Source: Escherichia coli (GTDB lineage: Bacteria; Pseudomonadota; Gammaproteobacteria; Enterobacterales; Enterobacteriaceae). From it: a DNA stretch of 64,000 bases. The stretch is from the NCBI RefSeq assembly GCF_051903065.1, contig NZ_CP178438.1, one strand, 5' to 3'. A program made the translations under genes and the position numbers. Under the pieces are notes generated by a model. The model worked only from the letters and a program-made list of their open reading frames with translations. It searched no databases and was not told where the DNA came from. Below, in pieces: positions 1 through 11,819 of the stretch; the first letter of the stretch is position 1, and each line of letters begins with the position of its first letter.

Positions 1-418
<418 letters not shown>

Positions 419-471
419 TAACATCCAGGCGGCGTCCGAACGCGCCGCCGCTCATCGTCTAAGGAGTACTT

Positions 472-696
472 ATGAGCGCGCTATTTCTGGCTATTCCGTT
501 AACCATTTTTGTGCTGTTTGTTTTACCGATCTGGTTATGGCTGCATTACAGCAATCGTTCTGGTCGCAGTGAATTGTCGCAAAGTGAGCAGCAGCGATTA
601 GCGCAACTGGCTGATGAAGCAAAACGGATGCGCGAACGTATTCAGGCGCTGGAATCTATTCTTGATGCAGAACATCCGAACTGGAGGGATCGCTAA
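472..696 (+). CDS. pspB: Phage shock protein B (74 aa)
   Basis: ORF-track protein MSALFLAIPLTIFVLFVLPIWLWLHYSNRS… matches PspB; stop overlaps pspC start. Confidence 0.9.
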   Translation: MSALFLAIPLTIFVLFVLPIWLWLHYSNRSGRSELSQSEQQRLAQLADEAKRMRERIQALESILDAEHPNWRDR

Positions 697-1055
697 TGGC
701 GGGCATTAATCTCAATAAAAAATTATGGCGTATTCCACAGCAGGGCATGGTCCGTGGCGTCTGCGCCGGGATTGCCAACTATTTTGATGTACCGGTAAAA
801 CTGGTGCGTATCCTGGTGGTGCTGTCGATTTTCTTCGGTCTGGCGCTGTTTACCCTGGTTGCTTACATCATTTTGTCATTTGCGCTTGATCCAATGCCGG
901 ACAACATGGCCTTTGGTGAGCAGCTACCTTCCAGCAGCGAATTGCTGGATGAAGTCGACCGTGAACTGGCGGCAAGTGAAACGCGTTTACGCGAGATGGA
1001 ACGTTATGTCACTTCCGATACTTTCACGTTACGTAGCCGTTTCCGTCAACTGTGA
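696..1055 (+). CDS. pspC: Phage shock protein C (119 aa)
   Basis: [39 protein letters not shown]… (PspC domain); operon context. Confidence 0.9.
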
Positions 1056-1063
1056 GGAAAGTT

Positions 1064-1285
1064 ATGAATACTCGCTGGCAACAGGCCGGGCAAAAGGTGA
1101 AGCCTGGTTTCAAATTAGCAGGCAAGCTGGTACTTCTTACCGCACTGCGCTATGGCCCGGCGGGTGTGGCGGGCTGGGCGATAAAATCAGTTGCTCGCCG
1201 ACCGCTGAAAATGTTGCTGGCTGTGGCGCTGGAACCGCTGTTAAGTCGGGCTGCTAATAAACTGGCACAGCGTTATAAAAGGTGA
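1064..1285 (+). CDS. pspD: Phage shock protein D (73 aa)
   Basis: ORF at 1052 contains internal Met giving [23 protein letters not shown]…; position after pspC. Confidence 0.8.
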
Positions 1286-1359
1286 GGAGAGTTTCGCAAA
1301 AATTGTTAAATCTCAGGCCTATAATGGATGGCAATTTTCATCCATAGAAGGACACTTAC

Positions 1360-1674
1360 ATGTTTAAAAAAGGCTTACTTGCTCTGGCACTGGTGTTTTC
1401 ACTGCCCGTTTTTGCCGCTGAACACTGGATCGATGTTCGTGTTCCAGAGCAGTATCAGCAAGAGCACGTTCAGGGGGCCATCAATATTCCCCTGAAGGAA
1501 GTGAAAGAGCGCATTGCCACCGTCGTTCCGGATAAAAACGACACCGTGAAAGTGTATTGCAATGCCGGACGCCAGTCAGGGCAGGCAAAAGAGATCCTTA
1601 GCGAGATGGGATATACCCACGTTGAGAACGCCGGTGGCCTGAAAGACATCGCAATGCCGAAGGTCAAAGGTTAA
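1360..1674 (+). CDS. pspE: Thiosulfate sulfurtransferase (rhodanese), periplasmic (104 aa)
   Basis: Signal peptide MFKKGLLALALVFSLPVFA plus rhodanese motif (VKVYCNAGRQSGQA). Confidence 0.9.
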   Translation: MFKKGLLALALVFSLPVFAAEHWIDVRVPEQYQQEHVQGAINIPLKEVKERIATVVPDKNDTVKVYCNAGRQSGQAKEILSEMGYTHVENAGGLKDIAMPKVKG

Positions 1675-1688
1675 AAGAATTCACCATG

Positions 1689-1714
1689 AGCGGCGCTTAT
1701 GCGCCGTTTTTTTC
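1689..1714 (+). terminator. Rho-independent terminator after pspE
   Basis: GC hairpin gcggcgcttatgcgccg followed by T7 run, immediately after the pspE stop. Confidence 0.6.
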
Positions 1715-1884
1715 TGTCACACCTTATTTACATCCCTATAGATTATTTGCGTCAGCTCACAAATACGCTTTTTCCCTGGTAAAAAATGATTTCCTGCGTG
1801 ACTAAAACCCTTGTGCTCAATTGACAGTTTATTTTCTGCGGAGTAGTCTCTCATTTCATGGGACCGCTACCACGGAAAGGCAAC

Positions 1885-3564
1885 ATGAAACAGAAAATTA
1901 CGGATTACCTGGACGAAATCTACGGTGGAACATTTACCGCAACTCATTTACAGAAACTTGTAACGCGTCTTGAGAGTGCGAAACGATTAATTACACAGCG
2001 ACGTAAAAAACACTGGGATGAAAGTGACGTCGTGTTAATTACCTATGCCGATCAATTTCACAGTAATGGTTTAAAACCACTACCCACATTTAATCAGTTT
2101 TACCATCAATGGCTGCAATGCATTTTTTCACATGTTCATTTATTACCTTTTTACCCATGGTCATCTGATGATGGATTTTCGGTAATTGATTATCATCAGG
2201 TCGCCAGTGAAGCGGGGGAGTGGCAGGATATTCAGCAGCTCGGTGAATGCAGTCATTTAATGTTTGATTTTGTCTGCAACCATATGTCGGCAAAAAGTGA
2301 ATGGTTTAAAAACTATTTGCAACAGCTTCCGGGTTTTGAAGATTTTTTTATTGCGGTTGATCCGCAAACCGATCTCAGCGCTGTCACCCGTCCGCGTGCA
2401 TTACCGCTATTAACGCCGTTTCAAATGGATGATAATTCCACGCGCCATTTATGGACCACCTTTAGCGACGATCAAATTGACCTGAATTACCGTAGCCCTG
2501 ACGTGTTGCTGGCGATGGTGGATGTTTTGCTTTGTTACCTGGAAAAGGGCGCAGAGTATGTCCGCCTGGATGCCGTTGGCTTTATGTGGAAAGAGCCGGG
2601 AACAAGCTGCATCCATCTGGAAAAAACACATCTGATTATCAAACTGTTACGGTCGATTATTGATAACGTCGCGCCAGGCACAGTGATCATTACCGAGACC
2701 AATGTTCCGCATAAAGACAACATTGCTTACTTTGGCAACGGCGATGATGAAGCCCATATGGTGTATCAGTTCTCGTTGCCGCCGCTGGTGCTGCATGCGG
2801 TGCAAAAACAGAACGTCGAGGCGCTGTGCCAGTGGGCGCAAAGTCTGAGCTTGCCCTCCGGTAAAACGACCTGGTTTAACTTCCTCGCCTCTCACGATGG
2901 CATCGGGCTGAACCCACTGCGGGGCTTGTTACCAGAAAGCGAAATATTAGCGCTGGTCGAGGCATTACAGCAGGAAGGTGCATTAGTAAACTGGAAAAAT
3001 AATCCCGACGGTACGCGCAGTCCCTATGAAATAAATGTCACCTATATGGATGCGTTAAGCCGCCGCGAGAGTAGCGATGAAGAACGTTGCGCCAGGTTTA
3101 TCCTTGCCCATGCGATTTTGTTAAGTTTCCCCGGTGTGCCAGCGATATATATTCAAAGTATTCTGGGCTCGCGTAATGATTACGCAGGTGTCGAAAAACT
3201 CGGATATAACCGTGCGATTAACCGTAAAAAATATCACAGTGAAGAGATAACCCGAGAACTGAACGATGAAGCTACATTAAGGCATGCGGTATATCATGAG
3301 TTGTCGCGTTTAATTACACTTCGTCGCAGCCATAACGAGTTTCATCCGGATAATAATTTTACCATCGATACGGTTAATTCATCCGTAATGCGTATTCAAA
3401 GAAGTAACGCAGAGGGTAATTGTCTGACCGGATTGTTTAATGTCAGTAAAAATATTCAGCATGTAAATATTACTGGCCTGCACGGTCGGGATCTGATTAG
3501 TGAAGTTGATATATTGGGTAATAAAATAACGCTGCGCCCCTGGCAGGTTATGTGGATTAAATAA
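1885..3564 (+). CDS. ycjM: Glycoside phosphorylase (sucrose/glucosylglycerate phosphorylase family, GH13_18)
   Basis: 559-aa protein from Met at 1885 (MKQKITDYLDEIYGG…); first gene of the ycjM-V cluster. Confidence 0.85.
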   Translation: MKQKITDYLDEIYGGTFTATHLQKLVTRLESAKRLITQRRKKHWDESDVVLITYADQFHSNGLKPLPTFNQFYHQWLQCIFSHVHLLPFYPWSSDDGFSVIDYHQVASEAGEWQDIQQLGECSHLMFDFVCNHMSAKSEWFKNYLQQLPGFEDFFIAVDPQTDLSAVTRPRALPLLTPFQMDDNSTRHLWTTFSDDQIDLNYRSPDVLLAMVDVLLCYLEKGAEYVRLDAVGFMWKEPGTSCIHLEKTHLIIKLLRSIIDNVAPGTVIITETNVPHKDNIAYFGNGDDEAHMVYQFSLPPLVLHAVQKQNVEALCQWAQSLSLPSGKTTWFNFLASHDGIGLNPLRGLLPESEILALVEALQQEGALVNWKNNPDGTRSPYEINVTYMDALSRRESSDEERCARFILAHAILLSFPGVPAIYIQSILGSRNDYAGVEKLGYNRAINRKKYHSEEITRELNDEATLRHAVYHELSRLITLRRSHNEFHPDNNFTIDTVNSSVMRIQRSNAEGNCLTGLFNVSKNIQHVNITGLHGRDLISEVDILGNKITLRPWQVMWIK

Positions 3565-3577
3565 AAAGGAACATCTC

Positions 3578-4870
3578 ATGATTAAATCAAAAATCGTGCT
3601 GTTATCAGCACTGGTTTCCTGCGCCCTGATTTCAGGCTGTAAAGAAGAAAATAAAACCCATGTATCCATCGAATTTATGCATTCTTCGGTGGAGCAGGAG
3701 CGTCAGGCAGTTATCAGCAAATTGATTGCCCGTTTTGAAAAAGAAAACCCAGGTATCACCGTTAAACAAGTGCCCGTGGAAGAAGACGCTTATAACACCA
3801 AAGTCATCACCCTTTCACGTAGCGGCTCGCTGCCGGAAGTGATCGAAACCAGCCATGACTACGCCAAAGTTATGGATAAAGAGCAGCTTATCGATCGCAA
3901 AGCGGTTGCCACGGTCATCAGCAACGTTGGTGAAGACGCGTTTTACGATGGCGTACTGCGTATTGTGCGTACCGAAGATGGGAGTGCCTAGACCGGTGTT
4001 CCCGTCAGCGCCTGGATTGGCGGCATCTGGTATCGCAAAGATGTGCTGGCAAAAGCCGGGCTGGAGGAGCCGAAAAACTGGCAACAGCTGCTGGACGTTG
4101 CACAGAAACTGAATGACCCGGCGAATAAAAAATACGGTATTGCGCTGCCTACGGCAGAAAGCGTGCTGACGGAACAATCCTTCTCCCAGTTTGCGTTATC
4201 CAACCAGGCCAATGTCTTTAACTCTGCAGGCAAAATCACCCTTGATACACCAGAGATGATGCAAGCACTGACCTATTACCGCGACCTTGCCACCAACACC
4301 ATGCCGGGTTCTAACGATATCATGGAAGTGAAAGACGCCTTTATGAACGGCACCGCGCCGATGGCGATTTACTCCACCTATATCCTTCCGGCTGTGATTA
4401 AAGAAGGCGATCCGAAAAACGTCGGTTTCGTCGTGCCAACGGAGAAAAACTCTGCGGTCTACGGCATGTTGACCTCGCTGACCATTACCGCCGGGCAAAA
4501 GACCGAAGAAACGGAAGCAGCAGAAAAATTCGTCACCTTTATGGAGCAGGCGGACAACATTGCCGACTGGGTGATGATGTCGCCAGGCGCGGCACTGCCG
4601 GTGAACAAAGCGGTTGTCACTACCGCCACCTGGAAAGACAACGACGTGATCAAGGCGCTGGGTGAACTGCCGAATCAGTTAATTGGTGAACTGCCAAATA
4701 TTCAGGTTTTTGGCGCAGTAGGGGATAAAAACTTTACCCGCATGGGTGATGTGACGGGTTCTGGCGTGGTGAGTTCAATGGTGCATAACGTCACCGTGGG
4801 TAAAGCCGATCTCTCTACTACGCTGCAAGCGAGCCAGAAAAAACTGGATGAACTGATCGAACAGCACTAA
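3578..4870 (+). pseudogene. ycjN: Sugar ABC transporter periplasmic binding protein, interrupted by an in-frame TAG stop at 3989-3991
   Basis: ORFs 3578..3991 and 4043..4870 are in the same frame; translation across the stop is continuous (…RIVRTEDGSA*TGVPVSAWIGGIWYRKDVLAKAG…). N-terminus has a lipoprotein signal (LISGC). Confidence 0.8.
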
Positions 4871-4890
4871 ACCCAGGACAGGAATCCGCA

Positions 4891-5772
4891 ATGAACAGGC
4901 TTTTTTCAGGTCGTTCCGATATGCCCTTTGCGCTGCTGCTTCTCGCGCCCAGCTTATTACTGCTGGGCGGTCTGGTGGCGTGGCCGATGGTGTCGAATAT
5001 CGAAATCAGTTTTTTACGTCTGCCGCTCAATCCCAACATCGAGTCAACGTTTGTTGGGGTGAGTAACTATGTACGCATTCTCTCCGATCCCGGCTTCTGG
5101 CACTCGCTGTGGATGACGGTCTGGTATACGGCGCTGGTGGTGGCGGGCAGCACCGTGCTCGGGCTGGCGGTGGCGATGTTTTTCAACCGCGAGTTCCGCC
5201 TGCGCAAAACCGCGCGTTCGCTGGTGATCCTCTCCTACGTAACGCCGTCTATTTCGCTGGTGTTTGCCTGGAAATACATGTTCAACAACGGCTACGGCAT
5301 TGTGAACTACCTCGGCGTCGATCTTCTGCATCTCTATGAGCAGGCACCGCTGTGGTTCGATAATCCGAGCAGTAGCTTTGTGCTGGTGGTGCTGTTCGCC
5401 ATCTGGCGCTACTTCCCGTATGCCTTTATCTCGTTTCTGGCGATTTTGCAGACCATCGACAAATCGCTGTACGAAGCGGCAGAGATGGATGGCGCTAATG
5501 CCTGGCAACGGTTTCGCATCGTCACGCTGCCCGCAATTATGCCGGTCCTGGCGACGGTGGTGACCCTGCGCACCATCTGGATGTTCTACATGTTCGCTGA
5601 CGTTTATCTGCTGACGACGAAGGTCGATATTCTCGGCGTTTATCTCTACAAAACCGCCTTTGCCTTTAATGACTTAGGGAAAGCGGCGGCGATCTCGGTG
5701 GTGCTCTTCATCATTATTTTCGCTGTCATTCTGCTGACCAGAAAACGGGTGAACCTCAATGGCAACAAATAA
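4891..5772 (+). CDS. ycjO: Sugar ABC transporter permease (293 aa)
   Basis: Multi-TM protein with the MalF/G-like EAA motif region; operon context. Confidence 0.85.
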   Translation: MNRLFSGRSDMPFALLLLAPSLLLLGGLVAWPMVSNIEISFLRLPLNPNIESTFVGVSNYVRILSDPGFWHSLWMTVWYTALVVAGSTVLGLAVAMFFNREFRLRKTARSLVILSYVTPSISLVFAWKYMFNNGYGIVNYLGVDLLHLYEQAPLWFDNPSSSFVLVVLFAIWRYFPYAFISFLAILQTIDKSLYEAAEMDGANAWQRFRIVTLPAIMPVLATVVTLRTIWMFYMFADVYLLTTKVDILGVYLYKTAFAFNDLGKAAAISVVLFIIIFAVILLTRKRVNLNGNK

Positions 5773-6601
5773 ACGCACACTCAGTCGCATCGGTTTTTAC
5801 TGCGGGCTGGCGCTGTTTCTCATCATCACGCTGTTTCCGTTTTTTGTGATGCTGATGACCTCGTTCAAGAGCGCAAAAGAGGCGATCTCGCTGCATCCTA
5901 CGCTGCTGCCACAGCAGTGGACGCTGGAGCATTACGTCGACATTTTTAACCCGATGATTTTCCCGTTTGTCGACTACTTCCGTAACAGCATGGTGGTGTC
6001 GGTGGTTTCATCCGTGGTGGTGGTATTTCTCGGTATTCTCGGGGCTTACGCGCTTTCTCGCCTGCGCTTTAAAGGTCGGATGACCATCAACGCCAGCTTT
6101 TACACGGTGTACATGTTCTCCGGCATTTTGCTGGTGGTGCCGCTGTTCAAAATTATCACCGCACTTGGCATTTACGACACCGAGATGGCGCTGATCATTA
6201 CCATGGTGACGCAAACTCTGCCCACCGCCGTGTTTATGCTGAAAAGTTACTTCGACACCATCCCTGATGAGATCGAAGAAGCGGCGATGATGGATGGCCT
6301 CAACCGTCTGCAAATCATCTTCCGTATCACCGTGCCCCTGGCGATGTCCGGGCTGATATCGGTGTTCGTCTACTGCTTTATGGTGGCGTGGAACGACTAT
6401 CTGTTTGCGTCGATTTTCCTCTCCAGCGCCAGCAATTTCACCTTACCGGTGGGCCTGAACGCGCTGTTCAGTACGCCTGATTACATCTGGGGACGGATGA
6501 TGGCGGCCTCGCTGGTGACCGCATTGCCGGTGGTGATTATGTATGCGCTTTCGGAACGTTTTATTAAGAGTGGTTTGACCGCCGGTGGCGTGAAGGGCTA
6601 A
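5759..6601 (+). CDS. ycjP: Sugar ABC transporter permease (280 aa)
   Basis: Multi-TM permease with EAAMMDG motif; start overlaps ycjO stop. Confidence 0.85.
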   Translation: MATNKRTLSRIGFYCGLALFLIITLFPFFVMLMTSFKSAKEAISLHPTLLPQQWTLEHYVDIFNPMIFPFVDYFRNSMVVSVVSSVVVVFLGILGAYALSRLRFKGRMTINASFYTVYMFSGILLVVPLFKIITALGIYDTEMALIITMVTQTLPTAVFMLKSYFDTIPDEIEEAAMMDGLNRLQIIFRITVPLAMSGLISVFVYCFMVAWNDYLFASIFLSSASNFTLPVGLNALFSTPDYIWGRMMAASLVTALPVVIMYALSERFIKSGLTAGGVKG

Positions 6602-6631
6602 AGCGGCCAGTTTCTTTACAAGGAGTTTTAC

Positions 6632-7684
6632 ATGAAAAAGTTAGTAGCCACAGCACCGCGCGTTGCTGCGCTGGTTGAGTATGAAGATCGGGCGATTTTA
6701 GCCAATGAAGTGAAGATCCGCGTGCGTTTCGGCGCACCGAAACACGGAACGGAAGTGGTCGACTTCCGCGCCGCCAGCCCGTTTATCGATGAAGACTTTA
6801 ACGGCGAGTGGCAGATGTTCACCCCGCGTCCGGCAGATGCGCCGCGCGGCATTGAGTTTGGCAAATTCCAGCTTGGCAACATGGTGGTTGGCGACATTAT
6901 CGAGTGCGGCAGCGACGTTACCGACTACGCGGTGGGCGACAGCGTATGCGGCTACGGCCCGCTCTCCGAGACGGTCATCATTAACGCAGTGAATAACTAC
7001 AAGCTGCGCAAAATGCCGCAAGGCAGCTCCTGGAAAAACGCCGTCTGTTACGACCCGGCGCAGTTTGCCATGAGCGGCGTGCGCGATGCCAACGTACGCG
7101 TAGGGGATTTTGTCGTGGTGGTAGGGCTTGGCGCGATCGGTCAAATTGCCATCCAACTGGCGAAACGCGCTGGCGCATCGGTGGTAATTGGCGTCGATCC
7201 TATCGCCCATCGCTGTGATATTGCCCGTCGCCACGGTGCTGATTTCTGCCTTAACCCCATTGGCACTGACGTAGGCAAAGAGATCAAAACGCTGACCGGC
7301 AAGCAGGGTGCCGATGTGATTATCGAAACCAGCGGTTACGCCGACGCGCTGCAATCGGCGCTGCGCGGTCTGGCCTACGGCGGCACCATCTCTTATGTCG
7401 CGTTTGCCAAACCATTTGCTGAAGGTTTTAACCTCGGACGCGAAGCGCATTTCAATAACGCCAAAATTGTTTTCTCCCGCGCGTGCAGCGAACCGAACCC
7501 GGATTATCCGCGCTGGAGCCGTAAGCGTATTGAAGAAACCTGCTGGGAACTGCTGATGAACGGTTATCTCAATTGCGAAGATTTAATCGACCCGGTAGTG
7601 ACCTTTGCCAACAGCCCGGAAAGCTACATGCAGTATGTCGATCAGCATCCGGAACAGAGCATCAAAATGGGCGTTACGTTTTAA
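6632..7684 (+). CDS. ycjQ: Zn-dependent alcohol/sugar dehydrogenase (350 aa)
   Basis: MDR-family features (GLGAIGQIAIQLAKRAGA Rossmann motif). Confidence 0.85.
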   Translation: MKKLVATAPRVAALVEYEDRAILANEVKIRVRFGAPKHGTEVVDFRAASPFIDEDFNGEWQMFTPRPADAPRGIEFGKFQLGNMVVGDIIECGSDVTDYAVGDSVCGYGPLSETVIINAVNNYKLRKMPQGSSWKNAVCYDPAQFAMSGVRDANVRVGDFVVVVGLGAIGQIAIQLAKRAGASVVIGVDPIAHRCDIARRHGADFCLNPIGTDVGKEIKTLTGKQGADVIIETSGYADALQSALRGLAYGGTISYVAFAKPFAEGFNLGREAHFNNAKIVFSRACSEPNPDYPRWSRKRIEETCWELLMNGYLNCEDLIDPVVTFANSPESYMQYVDQHPEQSIKMGVTF

Positions 7685-7701
7685 TTCAAAGGAATGAAAA
7701 A

Positions 7702-8490
7702 ATGAAAATAGGCACACAGAATCAGGCATTCTTTCCGGAAAATATCCGCGAGAAATTTCGTTATATCAAAGAGATGGGCTTCGATGGTTTTGAGATTGAC
7801 GGCAAACTGCTGGTCAACAACATCGAAGAAGTCAAAGCGGCGATCAAAGAAACCGGTTTACCAGTGACCACCGCCTGCGGCGGCTATGACGGCTGGATTG
7901 GTGACTTTATCGAAGAGCGTCGTCTTAATGGCTTAAAGCAGATCGAACGCATTCTCGAAGCGCTGGCAGAAGTGGGGGGTAAAGGTATCGTCGTTCCGGC
8001 AGCGTGGGGCATGTTTACCTTCCGCTTACCGCCGATGACCTCGCCGCGTAGCCTGGACGGCGACCGCAAAATGGTGAGTGATTCCCTGCGCGTACTGGAA
8101 CAGGTCGCCGCGCGTACCGGAACCGTGGTGTATCTCGAACCGTTAAACCGCTATCAGGATCATATGATCAACACCCTCGCCGATGCTCGTCGTTACATCG
8201 TCGAAAACAATCTTAAACATGTGCAGATTATCGGCGATTTCTATCACATGAACATCGAAGAAGATAACCTCGCGCAGGCGCTGCACGACAACCGTGACTT
8301 GCTCGGTCATGTGCATATTGCCGATAACCATCGTTACCAGCCGGGCAGCGGCACCCTCGATTTCCACGCGCTGTTTGAACAGCTGCGCGCCGATAACTAT
8401 CAGGGTTATGTGGTGTATGAAGGGCGTATCCGGGCAGAAGATCCTGCCCAGGCGTACCGTGATTCGTTGGCCTGGTTGCGTACCTGCTAA
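7702..8490 (+). CDS. ycjR: Sugar phosphate isomerase/epimerase (xylose-isomerase-like TIM barrel, 262 aa)
   Basis: Met at 7702 (MKIGTQNQAFFPENIREKFRYIKEMGFDGFEIDG…) preceded by RBS aaaggaatgaaaaa; the ORF-track start at 7573 lies inside ycjQ. Confidence 0.85.
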   Translation: MKIGTQNQAFFPENIREKFRYIKEMGFDGFEIDGKLLVNNIEEVKAAIKETGLPVTTACGGYDGWIGDFIEERRLNGLKQIERILEALAEVGGKGIVVPAAWGMFTFRLPPMTSPRSLDGDRKMVSDSLRVLEQVAARTGTVVYLEPLNRYQDHMINTLADARRYIVENNLKHVQIIGDFYHMNIEEDNLAQALHDNRDLLGHVHIADNHRYQPGSGTLDFHALFEQLRADNYQGYVVYEGRIRAEDPAQAYRDSLAWLRTC

Positions 8491-8499
8491 GAGGTCTTT

Positions 8500-9555
8500 G
8501 TGAAAAGTGCAATGACAAGCTCTCCGCTGCGTGTCGCGATAATAGGCGCAGGCCAGGTGGCGGATAAGGTTCATGCTTCGTACTACTGCACCCGCAACGA
8601 TCTGGAACTGGTGGCTGTCTGTGACAGCCGCCTTTCCCAGGCGCAGGCGCTGGCAGAAAAATACGGGAATGCATCCGTGTGGGACGATCCGCAGGCCATG
8701 CTGCTGGCGGTGAAACCTGATGTGGTTAGCGTCTGCTCACCTAACCGTTTTCATTACGAACATACCCTGATGGCGCTTGAAGCGGGCTGCCATGTGATGT
8801 GCGAAAAACCGCCCGCCATGACGCCAGAACAGGCGCGGGAAATGTGCGATACCGCGCGCAAACAGGGCAAGGTGCTGGCCTACGACTTTCACCATCGTTT
8901 TGCGCTCGATACGCAACAGCTGCGTGAACAGGTGACCAACGGCGTTTTGGGAGAGATTTACGTTACCACCGCCCGCGCCCTGCGTCGCTGCGGCGTTCCC
9001 GGCTGGGGTGTCTTTACCAATAAAGAACTGCAAGGTGGTGGCCCACTGATCGACATCGGCATTCATATGCTGGATGCTGCGATGTATGTGCTGGGCTTTC
9101 CGGCGGTGAAAAGCGTGAATGCGCATAGTTTTCAAAAGATCGGCACGCAAAAGAGCTGTGGTCAATTTGGCGAGTGGGATCCGGCAACTTACAGCGTCGA
9201 AGATTCGCTGTTTGGCACCATTGAATTTCATAACGGCGGCATTCTGTGGCTGGAAACGTCATTTGCACTCAACATCCGCGAACAGTCGATTATGAACGTC
9301 AGCTTTTGTGGTGATAAAGCCGGTGCGACGCTGTTTCCAGCACATATCTACACCGATAACAACGGTGAATTAATGACGCTGATGCAACGGGAAATGGCAG
9401 ACGACAACCGCCATTTGCGCAGCATGGAAGCCTTTATCAATCACGTACAGGGCAAGCCCGTGATGATAGCCGACGCCGAGCAGGGGTACATCATCCAGCA
9501 ACTGGTGGCGGCGTTATATCAATCCGCAGAAACAGGGACGCGTGTGGAATTATGA
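8500..9555 (+). CDS. ycjS: Gfo/Idh/MocA-family NAD-dependent oxidoreductase (351 aa)
   Basis: N-terminal Rossmann motif (LRVAIIGAGQVADKVH); probable GTG start. Confidence 0.85.
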   Translation: MKSAMTSSPLRVAIIGAGQVADKVHASYYCTRNDLELVAVCDSRLSQAQALAEKYGNASVWDDPQAMLLAVKPDVVSVCSPNRFHYEHTLMALEAGCHVMCEKPPAMTPEQAREMCDTARKQGKVLAYDFHHRFALDTQQLREQVTNGVLGEIYVTTARALRRCGVPGWGVFTNKELQGGGPLIDIGIHMLDAAMYVLGFPAVKSVNAHSFQKIGTQKSCGQFGEWDPATYSVEDSLFGTIEFHNGGILWLETSFALNIREQSIMNVSFCGDKAGATLFPAHIYTDNNGELMTLMQREMADDNRHLRSMEAFINHVQGKPVMIADAEQGYIIQQLVAALYQSAETGTRVEL

Positions 9556-11819
9556 CCAGGCCAGTAACGTTATCAGAACCCCATTTCAGCCAGCATACCC
9601 TGAACAAGTATGCATCGCTGATGGCGCAGGGGAACGGCTATCTTGGGCTTCGCGCCAGCCATGAAGAAGATTACACGCGCCAGACGCGAGGGATGTATCT
9701 GGCGGGGCTGTATCATCGGGCGGGAAAAGGTGAAATCAACGAACTGGTGAACCTGCCTGATATCTTGGGGATGGAGATTGCCATAAATGGTGAGGTTTTC
9801 TCGTTATCCCACGAAGCCTGGCAGCGTGAGCTTGACTTTGCCAGTGGCGAATTACGCCGCAACGTTGTCTGGCGTACCAGCAACGGCGCAGGTTACACCA
9901 TCGCCAGCCGTCGCTTTGTTTCGGCAGACCAACTGCCGCTCATTGCGCTGGAAATCACTATTACGCCACTGGACGCCGACGCGTCAGTGCTGATTTCAAC
10001 AGGTATCGACGCCACGCAAACCAACCACGGTCGCCAACATCTCGACGAAACCCAGGTGCGGGTGTTTGGTCAGCATCTGATGCAGGGGATCTACACCACC
10101 CAGGATGGACGCAGTGATGTGGCCATCAGCTGTTGCTGTAAGGTGAGCGGTGATGTGCAGCAATGCTATACCGCCAAAGAGCGCCGTTTGCTGCAACATA
10201 CCAGTGCGCAGCTTCATGCAGGCGAGACAGTGACGTTGCAAAAACTGGTGTGGATCGACTGGCGGGATGACAGGCAAGCCGTTTTAGACGAGTGGGGCAG
10301 CGCGTCGCTTCGCCAGCTTGAAATGTGCGCGCAGCAGAGTTACGACCAACTTCTTGCAGCATCAACAGAAAACTGGCGTCAATGGTGGCAGAAACGTCGT
10401 ATCACGGTAAATGGCGGCGATGCGCACGATCAGCAAGCGTTAGATTATGCGCTTTATCATCTGCGCATCATGACGCCGGCTCACGACGAGCGCAGCAGTA
10501 TTGCGGCAAAAGGCTTAACCGGCGAAGGCTACAAAGGCCACGTTTTCTGGGATACAGAAGTATTTTTGCTACCGTTTCATCTGTTTAGCGATCCGACGGT
10601 TGCCCGAAGTTTACTGCGTTATCGCTGGCACAACTTGCCTGGCGCGCAGGAGAAAGCGCGACGCAATGGCTGGCAGGGCGCGCTATTTCCGTGGGAAAGC
10701 GCGCGCAGCGGCGAAGAAGAGACGCCAGAATTTGCCGCCATTAACATTCGTACCGGGCTGCGGCAAAAAGTGGCCTCGGCGCAGGCGGAACATCATCTGG
10801 TGGCCGATATCGCCTGGGCGGTTATTCAATACTGGCAGACCACGGGGGATGAAAGTTTCATTGCTCATGAAGGCATGGCGCTACTTCTGGAAACTGCAAA
10901 GTTCTGGATTAGCCGCGCGGTGAGGGTTAACGACCGTCTGGAAATTCATGATGTTATTGGGCCAGACGAATATACCGAACATGTCAATAATAACGCCTTC
11001 ACCAGCTATATGGCGTATTACAACGTCCAGCAGGCGCTGAACATCGCCCGCCGGTTCGGCTGTAGCGACGTTGCGTTTATCCATCGCGCCGAAATGTTCC
11101 TCAAAGAGTTGTGGCTGTCAGAAATTCAGCCCGACGGCGTTTTGCCGCAGGATGATTCGTTTATGGCTAAGCCGGCGATTAATCTGGCGAAATACAAAGC
11201 GGCGGCGGGGAAGCAAACCATTCTGCTGGATTATTCACGCGCAGAAGTGAACGAGATGCAGATCCTCAAACAAGCTGATGTGGTGATGCTCAATTACATG
11301 CTGCCGGAGCAGTTCTCAGCGGCATCGTGTCTTGCCAATCTGCAATTTTATGAACCGCGCACTATTCACGACTCGTCATTAAGTAAAGCAATCCACGGCA
11401 TTGTTGCCGCACGCTGTGGCCTGCTGACCCAAAGTTATCAGTTCTGGCGCGAAGGGACTGAAATCGATCTTGGTGCTGATCCGCATAGTTGTGATGATGG
11501 TATCCATGCTGCCGCAACTGGCGCTATCTGGCTGGGGGCGATTCAGGGTTTTGCCGGGGTGAGCGTGCGTGACGGTGAATTGCATCTAAATCCGGCGTTA
11601 CCTGAGCAGTGGCAACAGTTGTCTTTCCCTCTGTTCTGGCAGGGCTGCGAATTACAGGTCACGCTCGACGCGCAGCGTATTGCGATTCGAACTTCTGCGC
11701 CCGTTTCACTGCGTTTGAACGGGCAGCTTATATCCGTGGCTGAAGAATCTGTTTTCTGTTTGGGTGATTTTATTTTGCCCTTCAATGGGACCGCTACCAC
11801 GCATCAGGAGGATGAATGA
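9552..11819 (+). CDS. ycjT: Kojibiose phosphorylase, GH65 (755 aa)
   Basis: Large GH65-like protein; start overlaps ycjS stop. Confidence 0.85.
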   Translation: MTRPVTLSEPHFSQHTLNKYASLMAQGNGYLGLRASHEEDYTRQTRGMYLAGLYHRAGKGEINELVNLPDILGMEIAINGEVFSLSHEAWQRELDFASGELRRNVVWRTSNGAGYTIASRRFVSADQLPLIALEITITPLDADASVLISTGIDATQTNHGRQHLDETQVRVFGQHLMQGIYTTQDGRSDVAISCCCKVSGDVQQCYTAKERRLLQHTSAQLHAGETVTLQKLVWIDWRDDRQAVLDEWGSASLRQLEMCAQQSYDQLLAASTENWRQWWQKRRITVNGGDAHDQQALDYALYHLRIMTPAHDERSSIAAKGLTGEGYKGHVFWDTEVFLLPFHLFSDPTVARSLLRYRWHNLPGAQEKARRNGWQGALFPWESARSGEEETPEFAAINIRTGLRQKVASAQAEHHLVADIAWAVIQYWQTTGDESFIAHEGMALLLETAKFWISRAVRVNDRLEIHDVIGPDEYTEHVNNNAFTSYMAYYNVQQALNIARRFGCSDVAFIHRAEMFLKELWLSEIQPDGVLPQDDSFMAKPAINLAKYKAAAGKQTILLDYSRAEVNEMQILKQADVVMLNYMLPEQFSAASCLANLQFYEPRTIHDSSLSKAIHGIVAARCGLLTQSYQFWREGTEIDLGADPHSCDDGIHAAATGAIWLGAIQGFAGVSVRDGELHLNPALPEQWQQLSFPLFWQGCELQVTLDAQRIAIRTSAPVSLRLNGQLISVAEESVFCLGDFILPFNGTATTHQEDE

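Noticed and set aside
859-1257. 132-aa plus-strand ORF spanning the pspC/pspD junction
   Set aside because: Out-of-frame overlap of pspC and pspD; both annotated frames are better supported.
6698-7450. 250-aa antisense ORF inside ycjQ
   Set aside because: It lies entirely within the ycjQ coding region on the opposite strand; a GC-rich antisense frame with no RBS or recognisable domain.
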